This document shows, piece after piece, positions 46,328 to 56,734 of a stretch of DNA of 64,000 nt. A program made the position numbers and the translations under genes. The notes under the pieces are model-generated. The model was not told where the DNA came from, made no database searches, and saw only the letters and a list, made by a program, of their open reading frames with translations. Source of the stretch: Nitrosopumilaceae archaeon (GTDB lineage: Archaea > Thermoproteota > Nitrososphaeria > Nitrososphaerales > Nitrosopumilaceae); the NCBI GenBank assembly GCA_030041535.1, contig JASHNR010000012.1, positions 2,174 through 66,173 of the forward strand, written 5' to 3'. How positions within the stretch are numbered: the stretch's first letter is position 1; each line of letters opens with the position of its first letter.

Positions 46328-47008
46328 ATGATCCGCAAAGCAGTTTTAACTATACTACTGGTTGCCATATTTGCCGCAGGGCTATCAGCCACAAAGGCAA
46401 CATATGCAGATTCTCAATATCAAATTAATGTACATGTAACAAACTCTCTAACCGGCTATGCCGAGCCTGGTTCCACATGCGCGTTTACCTTCAATCCATC
46501 TGGAAACATTGTTACCAATACGACTGATTCAAGTGGTGCAACACAAGCTACAGATTCTACCACGTATGATACTACAGTAGACGTTAGATGTATCGGTACT
46601 GATGGCAATGTGGGGACTGTAATAGATACACCATTGAATATGCAGCAGGGAAATGCCGTACAGATAACGTTATCCAAGTTAGTTGCACCGTCCCAGGTCC
46701 AGGATGTACAGGCAGGTGCTGCATCGTTTGGGACAGGTCCTATCACATTGACTTGGCAGGCACCATCTTCTAATGGTGGCTCACCAGTGCGAGACTATTA
46801 CATCTACAGAGGAACAACACAAGGAACAGAGACATTTTTTGCCCTAGTACCTAGCAATACTCTGACATACCTAGATGACTCTACAAGCCCAGGCAGTTCT
46901 TACTATTATTATATCACTGCTGCAAATGCAGCAGGATCATCACAGCCCTCAAATGAGGTTTCAGTAGCTGTTAGCTGCTTTGGAGACGGCGGCGCCTTTT
47001 GTAATTGA
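46328..47008 (+). CDS. secreted protein with a fibronectin type III domain
   Basis: Signal/TM segment ILLVAIFAAGLSA. FN3-like ITLTWQAPSSNGGSPVRDYYIYRGT...YYYYITAANAAGSSQPSNEVSV. Confidence 0.7.
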   Translation: MIRKAVLTILLVAIFAAGLSATKATYADSQYQINVHVTNSLTGYAEPGSTCAFTFNPSGNIVTNTTDSSGATQATDSTTYDTTVDVRCIGTDGNVGTVIDTPLNMQQGNAVQITLSKLVAPSQVQDVQAGAASFGTGPITLTWQAPSSNGGSPVRDYYIYRGTTQGTETFFALVPSNTLTYLDDSTSPGSSYYYYITAANAAGSSQPSNEVSVAVSCFGDGGAFCN

Positions 47009-47088
47009 ATATCTGGTACAACTAGTAGAGACGCACTTAGATTACCACACAAAAAACAATATACAACCATTGCAAATAGCCAACAGTA

Positions 47089-47457
47089 ATGAAAATATTC
47101 AATGCAAAATCTGCCGCAGAAGATTACATGTCAAATCATACTCTGACTTTTTCCACACCAGAAATGACTCTAATGAGATTTGCATCCTGGCTTGGCGATA
47201 TGGTACCAGACGCCAAAAATCCCGGACAGCAGGTGCCACGAATTATGGTTTTTGTCGAAGAGAAAGACTTTGCGCCAGTTCCCATAATAGATGATGACGT
47301 GTTTGTTCCAACAGGAGCTGTAAAGGCCATCAATAGTGATCTATACGGAAGTGTAAATACAGAGGCAGGTTCAAGTTCAAAATTCTGTTCTGAATGTGGC
47401 ACAAAACTTTCGACAAATGCCAGATTTTGTACAGAATGTGGCGCAACCCAGGACTAG
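47089..47457 (+). CDS. protein with a C-terminal double zinc ribbon
   Basis: KFCSECGTKLSTNARFCTECGATQD. Confidence 0.55.
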   Translation: MKIFNAKSAAEDYMSNHTLTFSTPEMTLMRFASWLGDMVPDAKNPGQQVPRIMVFVEEKDFAPVPIIDDDVFVPTGAVKAINSDLYGSVNTEAGSSSKFCSECGTKLSTNARFCTECGATQD

Positions 47458-47467
47458 CTTTGTTTTA

Positions 47468-47989
47468 CTAAATTTTATTTCCGCACTTGGTACAAAACTT
47501 GGATGTTGCTTTCACTTGTAAGCCACAAGAACTGCATGTTGGTCCCACTGAAGACCCTTTTGGCAAAAGAGACGGATCTGGCGGAGGTAGGACTCCAGGT
47601 GTTGAGAAAGCCGCTGCTGCAGAAATGATAGATGGAGGTTGACCAGCACCTGGCAATGTAGCAGCTGTCACGCGAGATGCCTGCTGACCTCCAAAGCTCA
47701 TTCCGCTTGGCATTGTACCACCACTTTGTCCACCCAAGGCCTGACCACCAGCAATTTTGTCAAGTGCCTTTTTTAATTCAAAAATCACTTTAATGGAGAG
47801 AAATTCTAGTGCCGAGTATGCAACAACATAATCACCCAATTTTTGGAAAAATTCCTTTTCAGATAATTTTCCTTGCTTATACAAACCGTTGGTATCAAGA
47901 AATGATTCATAGTAACCTTGAGTATCGTTGAGTAGGTTTTGCAATTTATCAAATAATAAAGTAAGAGTATCTACTTCGCCAAATGACAT
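47468..47989 (-). CDS. helical protein with a G/Q/P-rich linker and a C-terminal double zinc ribbon
   Basis: CSSCGLQVKATSKFCTKCGNKI. It is convergent with 47089..47457, with only 10 nt between the two ORFs. Confidence 0.55.
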   Translation of the reverse strand: MSFGEVDTLTLLFDKLQNLLNDTQGYYESFLDTNGLYKQGKLSEKEFFQKLGDYVVAYSALEFLSIKVIFELKKALDKIAGGQALGGQSGGTMPSGMSFGGQQASRVTAATLPGAGQPPSIISAAAAFSTPGVLPPPDPSLLPKGSSVGPTCSSCGLQVKATSKFCTKCGNKI

Positions 47990-48055
47990 GTGGACTGTTG
48001 ACTCTGACCCGGTATTAATTATTTTAGATTAAAAAGATAGGTGAGATTTTTGTCT

Positions 48056-48397
48056 CTAGGCTTTTTGAAGAGCCTTGTCTATCATGTTCTTATAGGACGA
48101 CTTTGATGCGGCACCCACCTGTTGTGCAATAATCTGACCTTTATTGAAAAGAGCCAGAGTCGGAATGCTAAACACGTTATACTTTGATGCAAGTTCGTTG
48201 CTTTCGTCAACGTTTACCTTTACAAAGCTAACCTTGCCTGCATATTCACCTGCAAGTTCCTCAACAACAGGACCTACCATTCTGCATGGGCCACACCATT
48301 CAGCCCAAAAATCTACAAATACAGGAACCTGAGAATGCATTACCTCGGTTTCCCAATTTTTTTCGTTAACAGGTTTTGCTTTATCCATACCTATCAA
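48056..48397 (-). CDS. trxA: thioredoxin
   Basis: VDFWAEWCGPCR. Confidence 0.9.
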   Translation of the reverse strand: MIGMDKAKPVNEKNWETEVMHSQVPVFVDFWAEWCGPCRMVGPVVEELAGEYAGKVSFVKVNVDESNELASKYNVFSIPTLALFNKGQIIAQQVGAASKSSYKNMIDKALQKA

Positions 48398-48429
48398 AAG
48401 ATGATATCCCTAAATATATTGAACGATTT

Positions 48430-49716
48430 TTACCAACGGCTTCTCAAGCCGTAATAGTTGTTCCTATCACCATATCTTCGCCTTCCGTCGCCTCTTGCTT
48501 CATGTCTTCCTTCATATTTTCTTCCACGGTTTTGGTGTTCATATCTGCCACCTCCTCTTCTGTGGCTTATTTCCCGCTTCAATGGATCGGGTATATTTAC
48601 CACAATTCCAAGCTCCTTGTTTAGATCTTTCATGGCTACCTTGGTTTGGCTCGATATTACCTTAAAATCGCCAATTGAAGAATATGATACTAGAGTAATT
48701 GCCCTGCCCTTTGCTCCAGCCCTTGCGGTCCTTCCTATCCTATGGAAATAAACCAGATCATGGCTTGGCACATCATAGTTTACAACCAACGCTACTTCTG
48801 GAACATCAATTCCTCTTGCTGCCACATCGGTTGCAACAAGAATGTCGGCTTTTCCTTTTCTAAACATGTACATGGCTTTATCTCGCCTAAACTGCGACAT
48901 ATCACCCTGAATTGATACTACATTGAATCTCTCTTTTTCAAGATCGTGTGCAACTCTTCTTGTTCGCTCTTTTGTAGAACAAAAGACAATAGTTTGACCT
49001 GTGGTATTTTCTTTGATAAACTTTAAGAGGAATTCCATTTTCTCCCTGTCTCGTATTACTAGGAAGGCTTGCTCTATTCCCTCGCCGCTGAGGTCATCTG
49101 CGTCAATAAAGATTTTCTGTGGACTACGCATGTATTTTTCTGCCAGCATGAGTATTTCGGGAGGCATTGTTGCAGAAAATAATGCCGTCAAGTGGTCTTT
49201 TGGGACAAGGTCCAAGATGAATCTTATATCATCAATGAATCCCATGTCAAGCATCGTATCAGCCTCGTCGAGCACAACATACTTGACATTTTTTAGCTTG
49301 ACTGAACCGCGTTTTATGTGATCTATGAGTCTACCAGGGGTTGCAACAACAATTTCTACTCCTCTATCGAGTTCATTGAATTGTACATTGATGCTTTGGC
49401 CGCCATAGATAGTTACGTATCTAACATGAGAATTCTTTGAAAACTTTTGAATTTCTCCTGTTATCTGTACTGCAAGTTCTCTTGTTGGTGCAAGTATCAA
49501 TGCCTGTATTCCACCTTTTGGAACAATATTTTGTATTATTGGTAGCGAAAATGCTGCAGTCTTTCCTGTACCAGTATGTGCTTGCCCTATAACATCTTGT
49601 CCCGACAATAGTACAGGTATAGAAGCTGCCTGAATTGGAAATGCTTCATGAAATTGTATCTCACTTAGCGCTGTCAGTATGGGATTCTTTATCCCTAATT
49701 CTTCAAATTTTGTCAA
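48430..49716 (-). CDS. DEAD-box RNA helicase with an Arg/Gly-rich C-terminal tail
   Basis: Q motif FHEAFPIQ, AHTGTGKTAAF, VLDEADTMLD, SAT, HRIGRTARAG. The tail is RRGGGRYEHQNRGRKYEGRHEARGDGRRRYGDR. TTG start. Confidence 0.9.
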   Translation of the reverse strand: MTKFEELGIKNPILTALSEIQFHEAFPIQAASIPVLLSGQDVIGQAHTGTGKTAAFSLPIIQNIVPKGGIQALILAPTRELAVQITGEIQKFSKNSHVRYVTIYGGQSINVQFNELDRGVEIVVATPGRLIDHIKRGSVKLKNVKYVVLDEADTMLDMGFIDDIRFILDLVPKDHLTALFSATMPPEILMLAEKYMRSPQKIFIDADDLSGEGIEQAFLVIRDREKMEFLLKFIKENTTGQTIVFCSTKERTRRVAHDLEKERFNVVSIQGDMSQFRRDKAMYMFRKGKADILVATDVAARGIDVPEVALVVNYDVPSHDLVYFHRIGRTARAGAKGRAITLVSYSSIGDFKVISSQTKVAMKDLNKELGIVVNIPDPLKREISHRRGGGRYEHQNRGRKYEGRHEARGDGRRRYGDRNNYYGLRSRW

Positions 49717-49942
49717 GTTTAATCATCATCTTTTTTTATTGAAATGACAGAGAAGACTGTTATTAATTTCCGTCATTATTTTTGTTTAGCTTTCCAGTCT
49801 GGCTCTATTAACTCTTTCCAAATTATTGAAAAAAAATGCATTATTTTTTAAAATTGTATAATCTGTTACGTCTGTACGTAGTAGAGATTTGACCAATTGA
49901 TATCATATACATACTTAAATGACTTTTTGATAGACTAAAGTC

Positions 49943-50665
49943 ATGAGTAGTGAATTGCGCTTGAAAAAACTCAGAGGGTCTGGAGGGTACATCATGGCAA
50001 ATGTCAATGACGACCAACAAAGAAAAGGGAGTCTTGGCGGGCCGGATCTGTTCTTGGCACCTGTAGGCCGTCTGGATTCTGAAAAGATTACAAAATATTA
50101 TTGCAACACTTGTGAAAAAGAATACGAAGGCGGCCCCAAGATTGATTTTGAAACACCAAATGAGGTAGTGGCAGAAAACCTAGTTCTTTTGGAAAAAGGG
50201 CAATACATATGCACCACTTGCGGATCAGTTCTTGCAGAATATAGAAACTTTAGCAAGCCAGACGAAAAAGCAGAGGTGGGTGCAGCAAAACCAGAGTTGG
50301 CTACTCAAGACACATACTTGCCTCCAACAAGTTCTGTTTCACAACAATCATTTCAAACGACTACTGATCCTGTAGTAAAGCCGTTTAATTCAATTGCAGG
50401 ACTTGTGGTATATGATTTAGAAGCAAGAAGAGTCGGTGTTGTAAAAGAGATTGGCGTCCATCCAGGGCAATCTGGAATAGTTCTTGTTGTGACAAAAAAC
50501 AACAACACAGATGTCACAATAAAGTGGGAAGAGGTCAGAAAGATAGGTGAGGTCGTTCTTCTTGGTGGACAGGTAACTGACAATGATTCCAAGTGCACCA
50601 AGTGTGGAAATACCAACATTGCAGGCTCTAAATTCTGCGAAAGTTGTGGCAATAAACTAAAGTAG
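49943..50665 (+). CDS. protein with an N-terminal zinc ribbon, a PRC-barrel-like middle region and a C-terminal double zinc ribbon
   Basis: YYCNTCEKEY...YICTTCGSVL; GLVVYDLEARRVGVVKEIG...VTIKWEEVRKIGEVVLLG; KCTKCGNTNIAGSKFCESCGNKLK. Confidence 0.55.
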   Translation: MSSELRLKKLRGSGGYIMANVNDDQQRKGSLGGPDLFLAPVGRLDSEKITKYYCNTCEKEYEGGPKIDFETPNEVVAENLVLLEKGQYICTTCGSVLAEYRNFSKPDEKAEVGAAKPELATQDTYLPPTSSVSQQSFQTTTDPVVKPFNSIAGLVVYDLEARRVGVVKEIGVHPGQSGIVLVVTKNNNTDVTIKWEEVRKIGEVVLLGGQVTDNDSKCTKCGNTNIAGSKFCESCGNKLK

Positions 50666-50717
50666 AAATACAATGTTAAGCAAGATTTATCTTACGAGTT
50701 TAAAGGACGAAATATAA

Positions 50718-51359
50718 TTGAAGAAAAACTCTGTTACGTCAGGTTTTGTAAAAGATATCATAATTGTGGTAATAGGAATTGCAATAATATGGATTGGATT
50801 GAGAGTTACGCTAGGTACTGAAAATCCATTTTATGTAGTATCTAGTGGAAGCATGATTCCAAACCTAAACATATTTGATGTGATTGTTGTTAATGGAAAT
50901 ATTCCTTTTGACCACCTAAAGATAGGAGACATTATTGTTTTCCATGCGCCATCAGAAGACTTGGTCATAGTTCACAGGGTAGCTGAGGTACTCAATCAGA
51001 ATCCTCTCACAATTAGAACAAAAGGTGATGCAAATCCTGGCTCCATACCAGGAGTTGACTTTCCAATAACACAGAGTAATTACATTGGAAAGGTAGTGTA
51101 TGTTGTTCCCCAGATAGGCTATGTTACCAGAATTCTTACTCCGCCCATCAATTACATCATAATAGCGGTAATAGTCGGAATAATGATTGTAAAGCAATTT
51201 GGAAAATCCAAAACCAATACGGTGGGTGTTCTTTCAAGTGAGGATTTGCCACCAAGCTCTGACAATTCAAGCGCTTCAGCTGAGACGAGAAACTTGGCTG
51301 ACAAGGAATATTTTATGCCCGATAAAGACCAAAAACCAGAAGAAAAGAAAGAGGAATAG
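50718..51359 (+). CDS. signal peptidase I (archaeal/Sec11 type)
   Basis: VSSGSMIPNL (Ser nucleophile), VHRV, RTKGDAN. N-terminal TM segment. TTG start. Confidence 0.85.
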   Translation: MKKNSVTSGFVKDIIIVVIGIAIIWIGLRVTLGTENPFYVVSSGSMIPNLNIFDVIVVNGNIPFDHLKIGDIIVFHAPSEDLVIVHRVAEVLNQNPLTIRTKGDANPGSIPGVDFPITQSNYIGKVVYVVPQIGYVTRILTPPINYIIIAVIVGIMIVKQFGKSKTNTVGVLSSEDLPPSSDNSSASAETRNLADKEYFMPDKDQKPEEKKEE

Positions 51360-51365
51360 ATTTTA

Positions 51366-52874
51366 TTATTTTCTGGTGCTTACCTTAAAGACTCTTTGGA
51401 AATAGTCAGATGGTTCTGGCGTAGATTCTGCATCCTCTTTTACATTTGCTAGACTCTTGGCAAGTTGTTTTTTATATTCTAGTTGCATCTGTCTTGCAAT
51501 GTTAATTCTTTGTGCTTGTGGCGAGCCTGCTCCGTGCATGGACTCTGTGAGATATCCTACTGCATTTCTTCCAAGAGTCATGTTCTCTATCAACCTCAAG
51601 ATTCGCATTCTATTTTCAACGTCAACACCTTTGCGGCCCTTTAGGTATTTTTTCAGCAGAGTGCCTGTTTCTGGATTTCTAAAGTCTTTTTCAGACGGGA
51701 GTGTAACCATGAGTCCTCCAGCAATGTCTTGTGCAAGTCTTCCTATCTCATATGGGAATCTTGTGACATTGTGCTTGCATACGTTTGCCAACATATCGTC
51801 ATTTAGCCAGTTACCAGACTTTGTACGATGGGCTTGATATGAAGATGCCACGCCTGCTGCGTATATTGTCTCGTTTAGATGAGTCATCTCTACTAGCTTG
51901 TCTCTAATATGAGATACATGTGGCACTCCATTATAATCAGCAATTGCTGCAGATGCCCCAATCAGTACATCACCGAGGCCTGTCTTGCAGACATAGCTTC
52001 TTCTATGGTAACAAGTGAACCTCTCTACCAGCATTGACGCAAATTCATACTCTCCGTTCATGAATACATTTTCCCATGGAACAAAAACATTATCAAAAAT
52101 TATCATTGCTTCCTGGCCTGCAAACTTGGAATTGCCTGAATCAAGGTCGCCTTCTTCCATGCTTCGCGTGTCACATGACTGTCGGCCGTAAATGTATGTT
52201 ATACCTGGTGCATCTGCTGGCACGGCACCAACCACTGCATAGTCACGATCGTTTTCTTGCAGCCTCATTGTTGGCATGAATATTATCCAATGCGAATTGA
52301 TACAACCTGTTTGATGCGCCTTGGCACCTTTGACAATAATTCCTTTGTCATTTTTTTCAACAATATGCAAAAAGACATCTGGGTCTTCTTGTTCAAATGG
52401 AGCCTTACTCCTGTCTCCCTTAGGATCTGTCATGGCACCACCGATTACAAAATTTTCTTTTTGTGCCATCTTGATGAATTCTACTAGTCTTTTGTGATAG
52501 TCTGTCTTGTATTTTTCATCAATTTCAAAAGTAACAGAATATAACGAATTGATTGCGTCCATTCCCACACATCTCTGAAAACATGTGCCTGTAAGTTGAC
52601 CCAACTTTCTCTGCATCTTGTTTTGGTTTACCAAATCGTCTGCGCTCTCTACTATATGCAAAAACCTGTTTACTTGCTGACCGCTAAGTGATGATTTTGC
52701 ACTTGCAAGCTCGCCTTCTTGTACTGCCAGATCAAAAGTTTCGGCCACAGCGTTAATTGATGGGCGAATCATTGGGTGGTCAACAGGTTCTGATACAAGC
52801 TCGCCAAAAAGATAGACCTTCATCTTTCTACCTCGGAGGCTTTGTATGTACTCGGCACCTGTCCTAATTGGCAT
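51366..52874 (-). CDS. 4-hydroxybutyryl-CoA dehydratase / vinylacetyl-CoA isomerase
   Basis: 502 aa. The N-terminus TGAEYIQSLRGRKMKVYLFGE and overall layout fit the 4-BUDH/HpaB-fold family. It is adjacent to an ADP-forming acyl-CoA synthetase, as in Nitrosopumilus. Confidence 0.82.
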   Translation of the reverse strand: MPIRTGAEYIQSLRGRKMKVYLFGELVSEPVDHPMIRPSINAVAETFDLAVQEGELASAKSSLSGQQVNRFLHIVESADDLVNQNKMQRKLGQLTGTCFQRCVGMDAINSLYSVTFEIDEKYKTDYHKRLVEFIKMAQKENFVIGGAMTDPKGDRSKAPFEQEDPDVFLHIVEKNDKGIIVKGAKAHQTGCINSHWIIFMPTMRLQENDRDYAVVGAVPADAPGITYIYGRQSCDTRSMEEGDLDSGNSKFAGQEAMIIFDNVFVPWENVFMNGEYEFASMLVERFTCYHRRSYVCKTGLGDVLIGASAAIADYNGVPHVSHIRDKLVEMTHLNETIYAAGVASSYQAHRTKSGNWLNDDMLANVCKHNVTRFPYEIGRLAQDIAGGLMVTLPSEKDFRNPETGTLLKKYLKGRKGVDVENRMRILRLIENMTLGRNAVGYLTESMHGAGSPQAQRINIARQMQLEYKKQLAKSLANVKEDAESTPEPSDYFQRVFKVSTRK

Positions 52875-52927
52875 ATGTGCTATTCCCTCTCAAAGTAATA
52901 TAAATATTATAACCAGTGTGTAAAGCC

Positions 52928-55033
52928 CTAAGAGAGGCCAATTCTTACATCAACCACTTTGCAGCCCTTGCCCTTTTCAAACACGAGTACTGGATTCAAG
53001 TCGAGCTCTTTTATTTCCTCAAAATCAGTCACAAGCTGAGAAATTTTCTGAATGCACTCCGATAATTTTTGCACATCAGATGGTTTTTCTCCTCTTACAC
53101 CCTGCAGCAACTTGTGGGTCTTGATAGACGATACCATTTCATCTGCTTCAAGATCAGTGGTTGGTGTTATTCTAAAAGTAACATCTTTGAGAACTTCGAC
53201 ATATATTCCTCCCATTCCAAACATCACAACTGGTCCAAATCCTGGCTCTTGTTTTGATCCAACAATTGTTTCCTTTCCTCCCTTTACCATTTCTTGGACC
53301 AAGACTCCTTTGATTATTGCCTTTTTGTCGTATTTCTTTGCATTCTTGATTATCTCCCTAAATCCTGCCTTTACTTCTTGAGGAGTCTTCATCCCTACCT
53401 TTACTCCACCGGCATCAGACTTGTGAATAATTTGTGGTGATGCAATCTTCATTACAACAGGATATCCAATTTTCTTTGCTGCAAAGAGCGCTTCTTTTTC
53501 TTTGGTGGCCAAAATGCTTTTTGGAAGAGGTACGCCGTAGGCCTTTAGTACCTCTTGTCCTTCCTCTTCTAGCAGGTTCTTTCTTCTGTCTGACCTTACC
53601 TTGGCAAAAATTTGTTCCACTTTTTTCTTGTTTGCCTTGAACTGATGTACCTTGCCCTCAGAGGCCTGGGACCACTGGGTAAATCTTAGCATCGCCTTCA
53701 GTGACCTGATTGCACTTTCTGCATATTTGTAATGAGGAATACCACCTTCGGCAAGTATCTCCTTGTTCTTTATTCCCTCATCAAGTCCCATCAGACTTGC
53801 CAAGACAGTTTTGTTGTGTTTCTTTGAGACGTTTACTATGACTTCTGCTAGCTTGTTGTAATCAAGTGTCGCAGAAGGTGTACACATTGTAATTACAGAG
53901 CCTACATTTTTGTGGGCAAGAACTAGATTTAGGACGTGATCAAACCTGTTGTAATCCGCATCGCCTACAATATCAACTGGATTTCTTGATGTTCCCCACG
54001 GTGGAATAACTGCATTAATTTGAGGTCTAATATCTTCTATGTTTGCCATCTTTATGCCAAGCTTTGAGCATGCATCTGTTGAAATGATTGCAGGTCCTCC
54101 TGCGTTTGACACAATCACTAGATCCCCTTTTGTTGGAAGCGGTTGCTTTGAAAATGCTGTGGCATAGTCAAACAACTCCTCCATGGTATCAACCCTAATT
54201 GCACCTGCCTGCGTGAGTAAAGCGTCATAGATCTCGTCAGAGCCCATAAGTGCCCCAGTGTGAGACATGGCAGCCTTTGCGCCCTCTGGACTTCGTCCTG
54301 ACTTTAAAACAAGAACCGGTTTTTTAGCTTGGCCTAGTCTTGTGATTTGTTTGCACACTTTGAGAAATTCTTTCCCATTTGCCATGTCTTCAAGATACAT
54401 GACAATCACCTTGGTTTGATCATGCTCTGCTAACATTTTGAGCATGTCGACTTCGTTTAGGTCTACTTTGTTTCCCATGCTGATTACAGCTGAAAATCCT
54501 ATTCCTTGTGCACTGGCATCTTCTACCAGTGCAGCGCAAATAGCACCGCTTTGTGAAACTAGTGCAATCCCGCCAGACTTGGGCGTTACCTTTAGAAAAG
54601 TAGAATTCATCATTGTCTGTGGAGCAAGGTTCATGACTCCAAGGCAGTTTGGTCCTATTATCCTAATGTTGTATTGTTTTGAGATCTCTGCTAACTTTTG
54701 TTCAAGCTTTGCCCCCTCTTCGTTTACTTCTTTGAATCCAGCAGTGATCACAATTGCACCCTTGATTCCCTTTTTTCCGCATTCCTCAAGGACAGAAGAC
54801 ACTACGTCATTTTTTGTAACCACAACTGCAAGATCTATTCCCTCTTGGACATCTAGAACGCTCTTGTAGGCTTTTTTATCAAAGACTGTTTCACGAGTTG
54901 GGCTTATTGGAAAAATTTTACCAGTGTAACCCTTGAGAATGTTTGATGTGATTGCTCTGCCAACACTGCCTTCTTTGTCTGATGCACCAATTATGGCAAT
55001 TGATTTTGGAGAGAGGAAGAGAGAATTAGTCAT
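52928..55033 (-). CDS. ADP-forming acyl-CoA synthetase, fused alpha-beta (candidate 4-hydroxybutyrate-CoA ligase)
   Basis: 701 aa. CoA-binding N-terminus SIAIIGASDKEGSVG, phospho-His loop AAMSHTGALMGS, C-terminal ATP-grasp domain. Confidence 0.82.
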   Translation of the reverse strand: MTNSLFLSPKSIAIIGASDKEGSVGRAITSNILKGYTGKIFPISPTRETVFDKKAYKSVLDVQEGIDLAVVVTKNDVVSSVLEECGKKGIKGAIVITAGFKEVNEEGAKLEQKLAEISKQYNIRIIGPNCLGVMNLAPQTMMNSTFLKVTPKSGGIALVSQSGAICAALVEDASAQGIGFSAVISMGNKVDLNEVDMLKMLAEHDQTKVIVMYLEDMANGKEFLKVCKQITRLGQAKKPVLVLKSGRSPEGAKAAMSHTGALMGSDEIYDALLTQAGAIRVDTMEELFDYATAFSKQPLPTKGDLVIVSNAGGPAIISTDACSKLGIKMANIEDIRPQINAVIPPWGTSRNPVDIVGDADYNRFDHVLNLVLAHKNVGSVITMCTPSATLDYNKLAEVIVNVSKKHNKTVLASLMGLDEGIKNKEILAEGGIPHYKYAESAIRSLKAMLRFTQWSQASEGKVHQFKANKKKVEQIFAKVRSDRRKNLLEEEGQEVLKAYGVPLPKSILATKEKEALFAAKKIGYPVVMKIASPQIIHKSDAGGVKVGMKTPQEVKAGFREIIKNAKKYDKKAIIKGVLVQEMVKGGKETIVGSKQEPGFGPVVMFGMGGIYVEVLKDVTFRITPTTDLEADEMVSSIKTHKLLQGVRGEKPSDVQKLSECIQKISQLVTDFEEIKELDLNPVLVFEKGKGCKVVDVRIGLS

Positions 55034-55106
55034 TTTAACGAGATGGTTTCAAATTGTTATGTATAATAAGTTTATCCAAGATCCTTTAGTTGTCTAGCGG
55101 TGAGGT

Positions 55107-55460
55107 TTAGCTTCCAAGCATTTTTCCTGCCATGTTTTTCTCTCGTGGAATCCACGTTATCTTCAGATTCTTGAATTTTGCAACAAGTCCCCAGGCCTCC
55201 ATTGCAAGTAGTCGTAGTTGGCTGTTGTTTATTGCAAACTCGTGGTTTAGCTGAGATACAGTGTTTTTGGAATCGCTGTATATTACAATCTCATCTTGCA
55301 AGTTGTGATATTTTTTTAGTGCAGCAATTATTGCCATGTATTCAGCTTGATTATTTGTTATGCCCAATTCCTTTTTGTAAAATGACTCCCCAGTCTCCTT
55401 AACAAAGAATCCAAAACCCGAATCTGGTCCGCCAGAACCGTCGACAAATATGCTAAGCAT
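55107..55460 (-). CDS. rnhA: ribonuclease HI
   Basis: IFVDGSGGP, NNQAEYMAIIAAL, IYSDSK, PREKNMAGK (DEDD arrangement). Confidence 0.8.
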   Translation of the reverse strand: MLSIFVDGSGGPDSGFGFFVKETGESFYKKELGITNNQAEYMAIIAALKKYHNLQDEIVIYSDSKNTVSQLNHEFAINNSQLRLLAMEAWGLVAKFKNLKITWIPREKNMAGKMLGS

Positions 55461-55902
55461 TCTTGTACAATCTCATTAGTTTGACGCTCAAATTTATTGT
55501 TACCATGTAGATGCAAGTTGAGATAGATTGTGATGCAAGAGATGCAATATATGCTTCATATGAATTTGTCAGCAAGTAATATTGCAGCGACCATCTTGTA
55601 ATTGTATATATGACTTCACCTATTCCAAGCGAGGAGATTATTTTTATTAGATCTCTTCTCAGAGATGCCCTGTCAACCTCACCTGACTCTAGCATGTACT
55701 TTTTTTTGTTGTCGAAATAAAACAGGGCACCAAAAGTTGTGAAATATACGATATAATCAACAACAAGAGTTATTGTTGTGTTAACATAGCTTTGTTGGTT
55801 TGACAGAGACTGGGCTACAATGGCAGAAATTACAATGGATGCAGAAAATCCAAGCAGAATATTTTTGTTAAGCTTCAGATATTCTTTGTATTGCTGTTTC
55901 AC
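55453..55902 (-). CDS. integral membrane protein (4 TM)
   Basis: 149-aa hydrophobic ORF that overlaps the rnhA start. Confidence 0.5.
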   Translation of the reverse strand: MKQQYKEYLKLNKNILLGFSASIVISAIVAQSLSNQQSYVNTTITLVVDYIVYFTTFGALFYFDNKKKYMLESGEVDRASLRRDLIKIISSLGIGEVIYTITRWSLQYYLLTNSYEAYIASLASQSISTCIYMVTINLSVKLMRLYKNA

Positions 55903-55937
55903 GGATTGACTTTGTTCTAGTTACAAATAAACTGAAT

Positions 55938-56222
55938 CTATTGCAGTGTTATTTTCAAAAGTATTAAGATTCCTGCAAGTTCTGCCGTATGCACTGCCAA
56001 AAGATATGGCAGAAGAGCCACTGCATAAAGTTCCATCATTGAGAAATATGCATAAACTGTGATTACATTGTGCAAGAAGAGTAGACCTGAGAAAAATATC
56101 ATACCTAGCGGAAGCTGTGCCTTTGTTTTTGAATACATCTTACCAAAGACTCCCATTAGTATTCCCAACACTACCATGTTGGCACTTGAGACAATTGTGC
56201 TTGCAGTCATTATGGGTTCCAT
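55938..56222 (-). CDS. small integral membrane protein (3 TM)
   Basis: 94-aa hydrophobic ORF downstream of the wHTH regulator. Confidence 0.5.
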   Translation of the reverse strand: MEPIMTASTIVSSANMVVLGILMGVFGKMYSKTKAQLPLGMIFFSGLLFLHNVITVYAYFSMMELYAVALLPYLLAVHTAELAGILILLKITLQ

Positions 56223-56249
56223 TTGTAAAAAACTTCAGCCTCACAGAGC

Positions 56250-56552
56250 TTATTTACTTTTTTCCAATTTGGCTACAATTTCATCAAATGCCACCAAGTT
56301 GACCTCCAAAAATGTAGATATGAAATAGGTGGTGCCATATTTTTCCCCTACACGTGTTATGAGATTGTTTTTTTCAAGTACGCCGATATGATGCTGTATT
56401 GCCTTGTAGTCTAAATCCAACTCTTTTGCCAGTTGGTTTGCATTAAGAGGCCTTTCACGTATAACAGAGATGATTCTCATACGGTTCAATCCACCTTTTG
56501 AGCCCATGAACACAAACCAGAGAAGGCGCTTTGCATAAGGGTCTGCAGGCAT
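56250..56552 (-). CDS. ArsR-like winged-helix transcriptional regulator
   Basis: RMRIISVIRERPLNANQLAKELDLDYKAIQHHIGVLEKNNLI. Confidence 0.7.
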   Translation of the reverse strand: MPADPYAKRLLWFVFMGSKGGLNRMRIISVIRERPLNANQLAKELDLDYKAIQHHIGVLEKNNLITRVGEKYGTTYFISTFLEVNLVAFDEIVAKLEKSK

Positions 56553-56734
56553 TGATGCCTTCCTGTACCCCTACTAATTAAAACATCTTTGGGGGTTTTT
56601 TAACAATTGTAAAGTTCAGGCATTAAGTAATGATAAATTTGTATCAGAAAGATAGGGACATTTGTTTGGAACAATATCATGAAACATTCTTACATTTGAA
56701 GAAACTTCTTTTTTGTAGAATTTTACATAGATAA

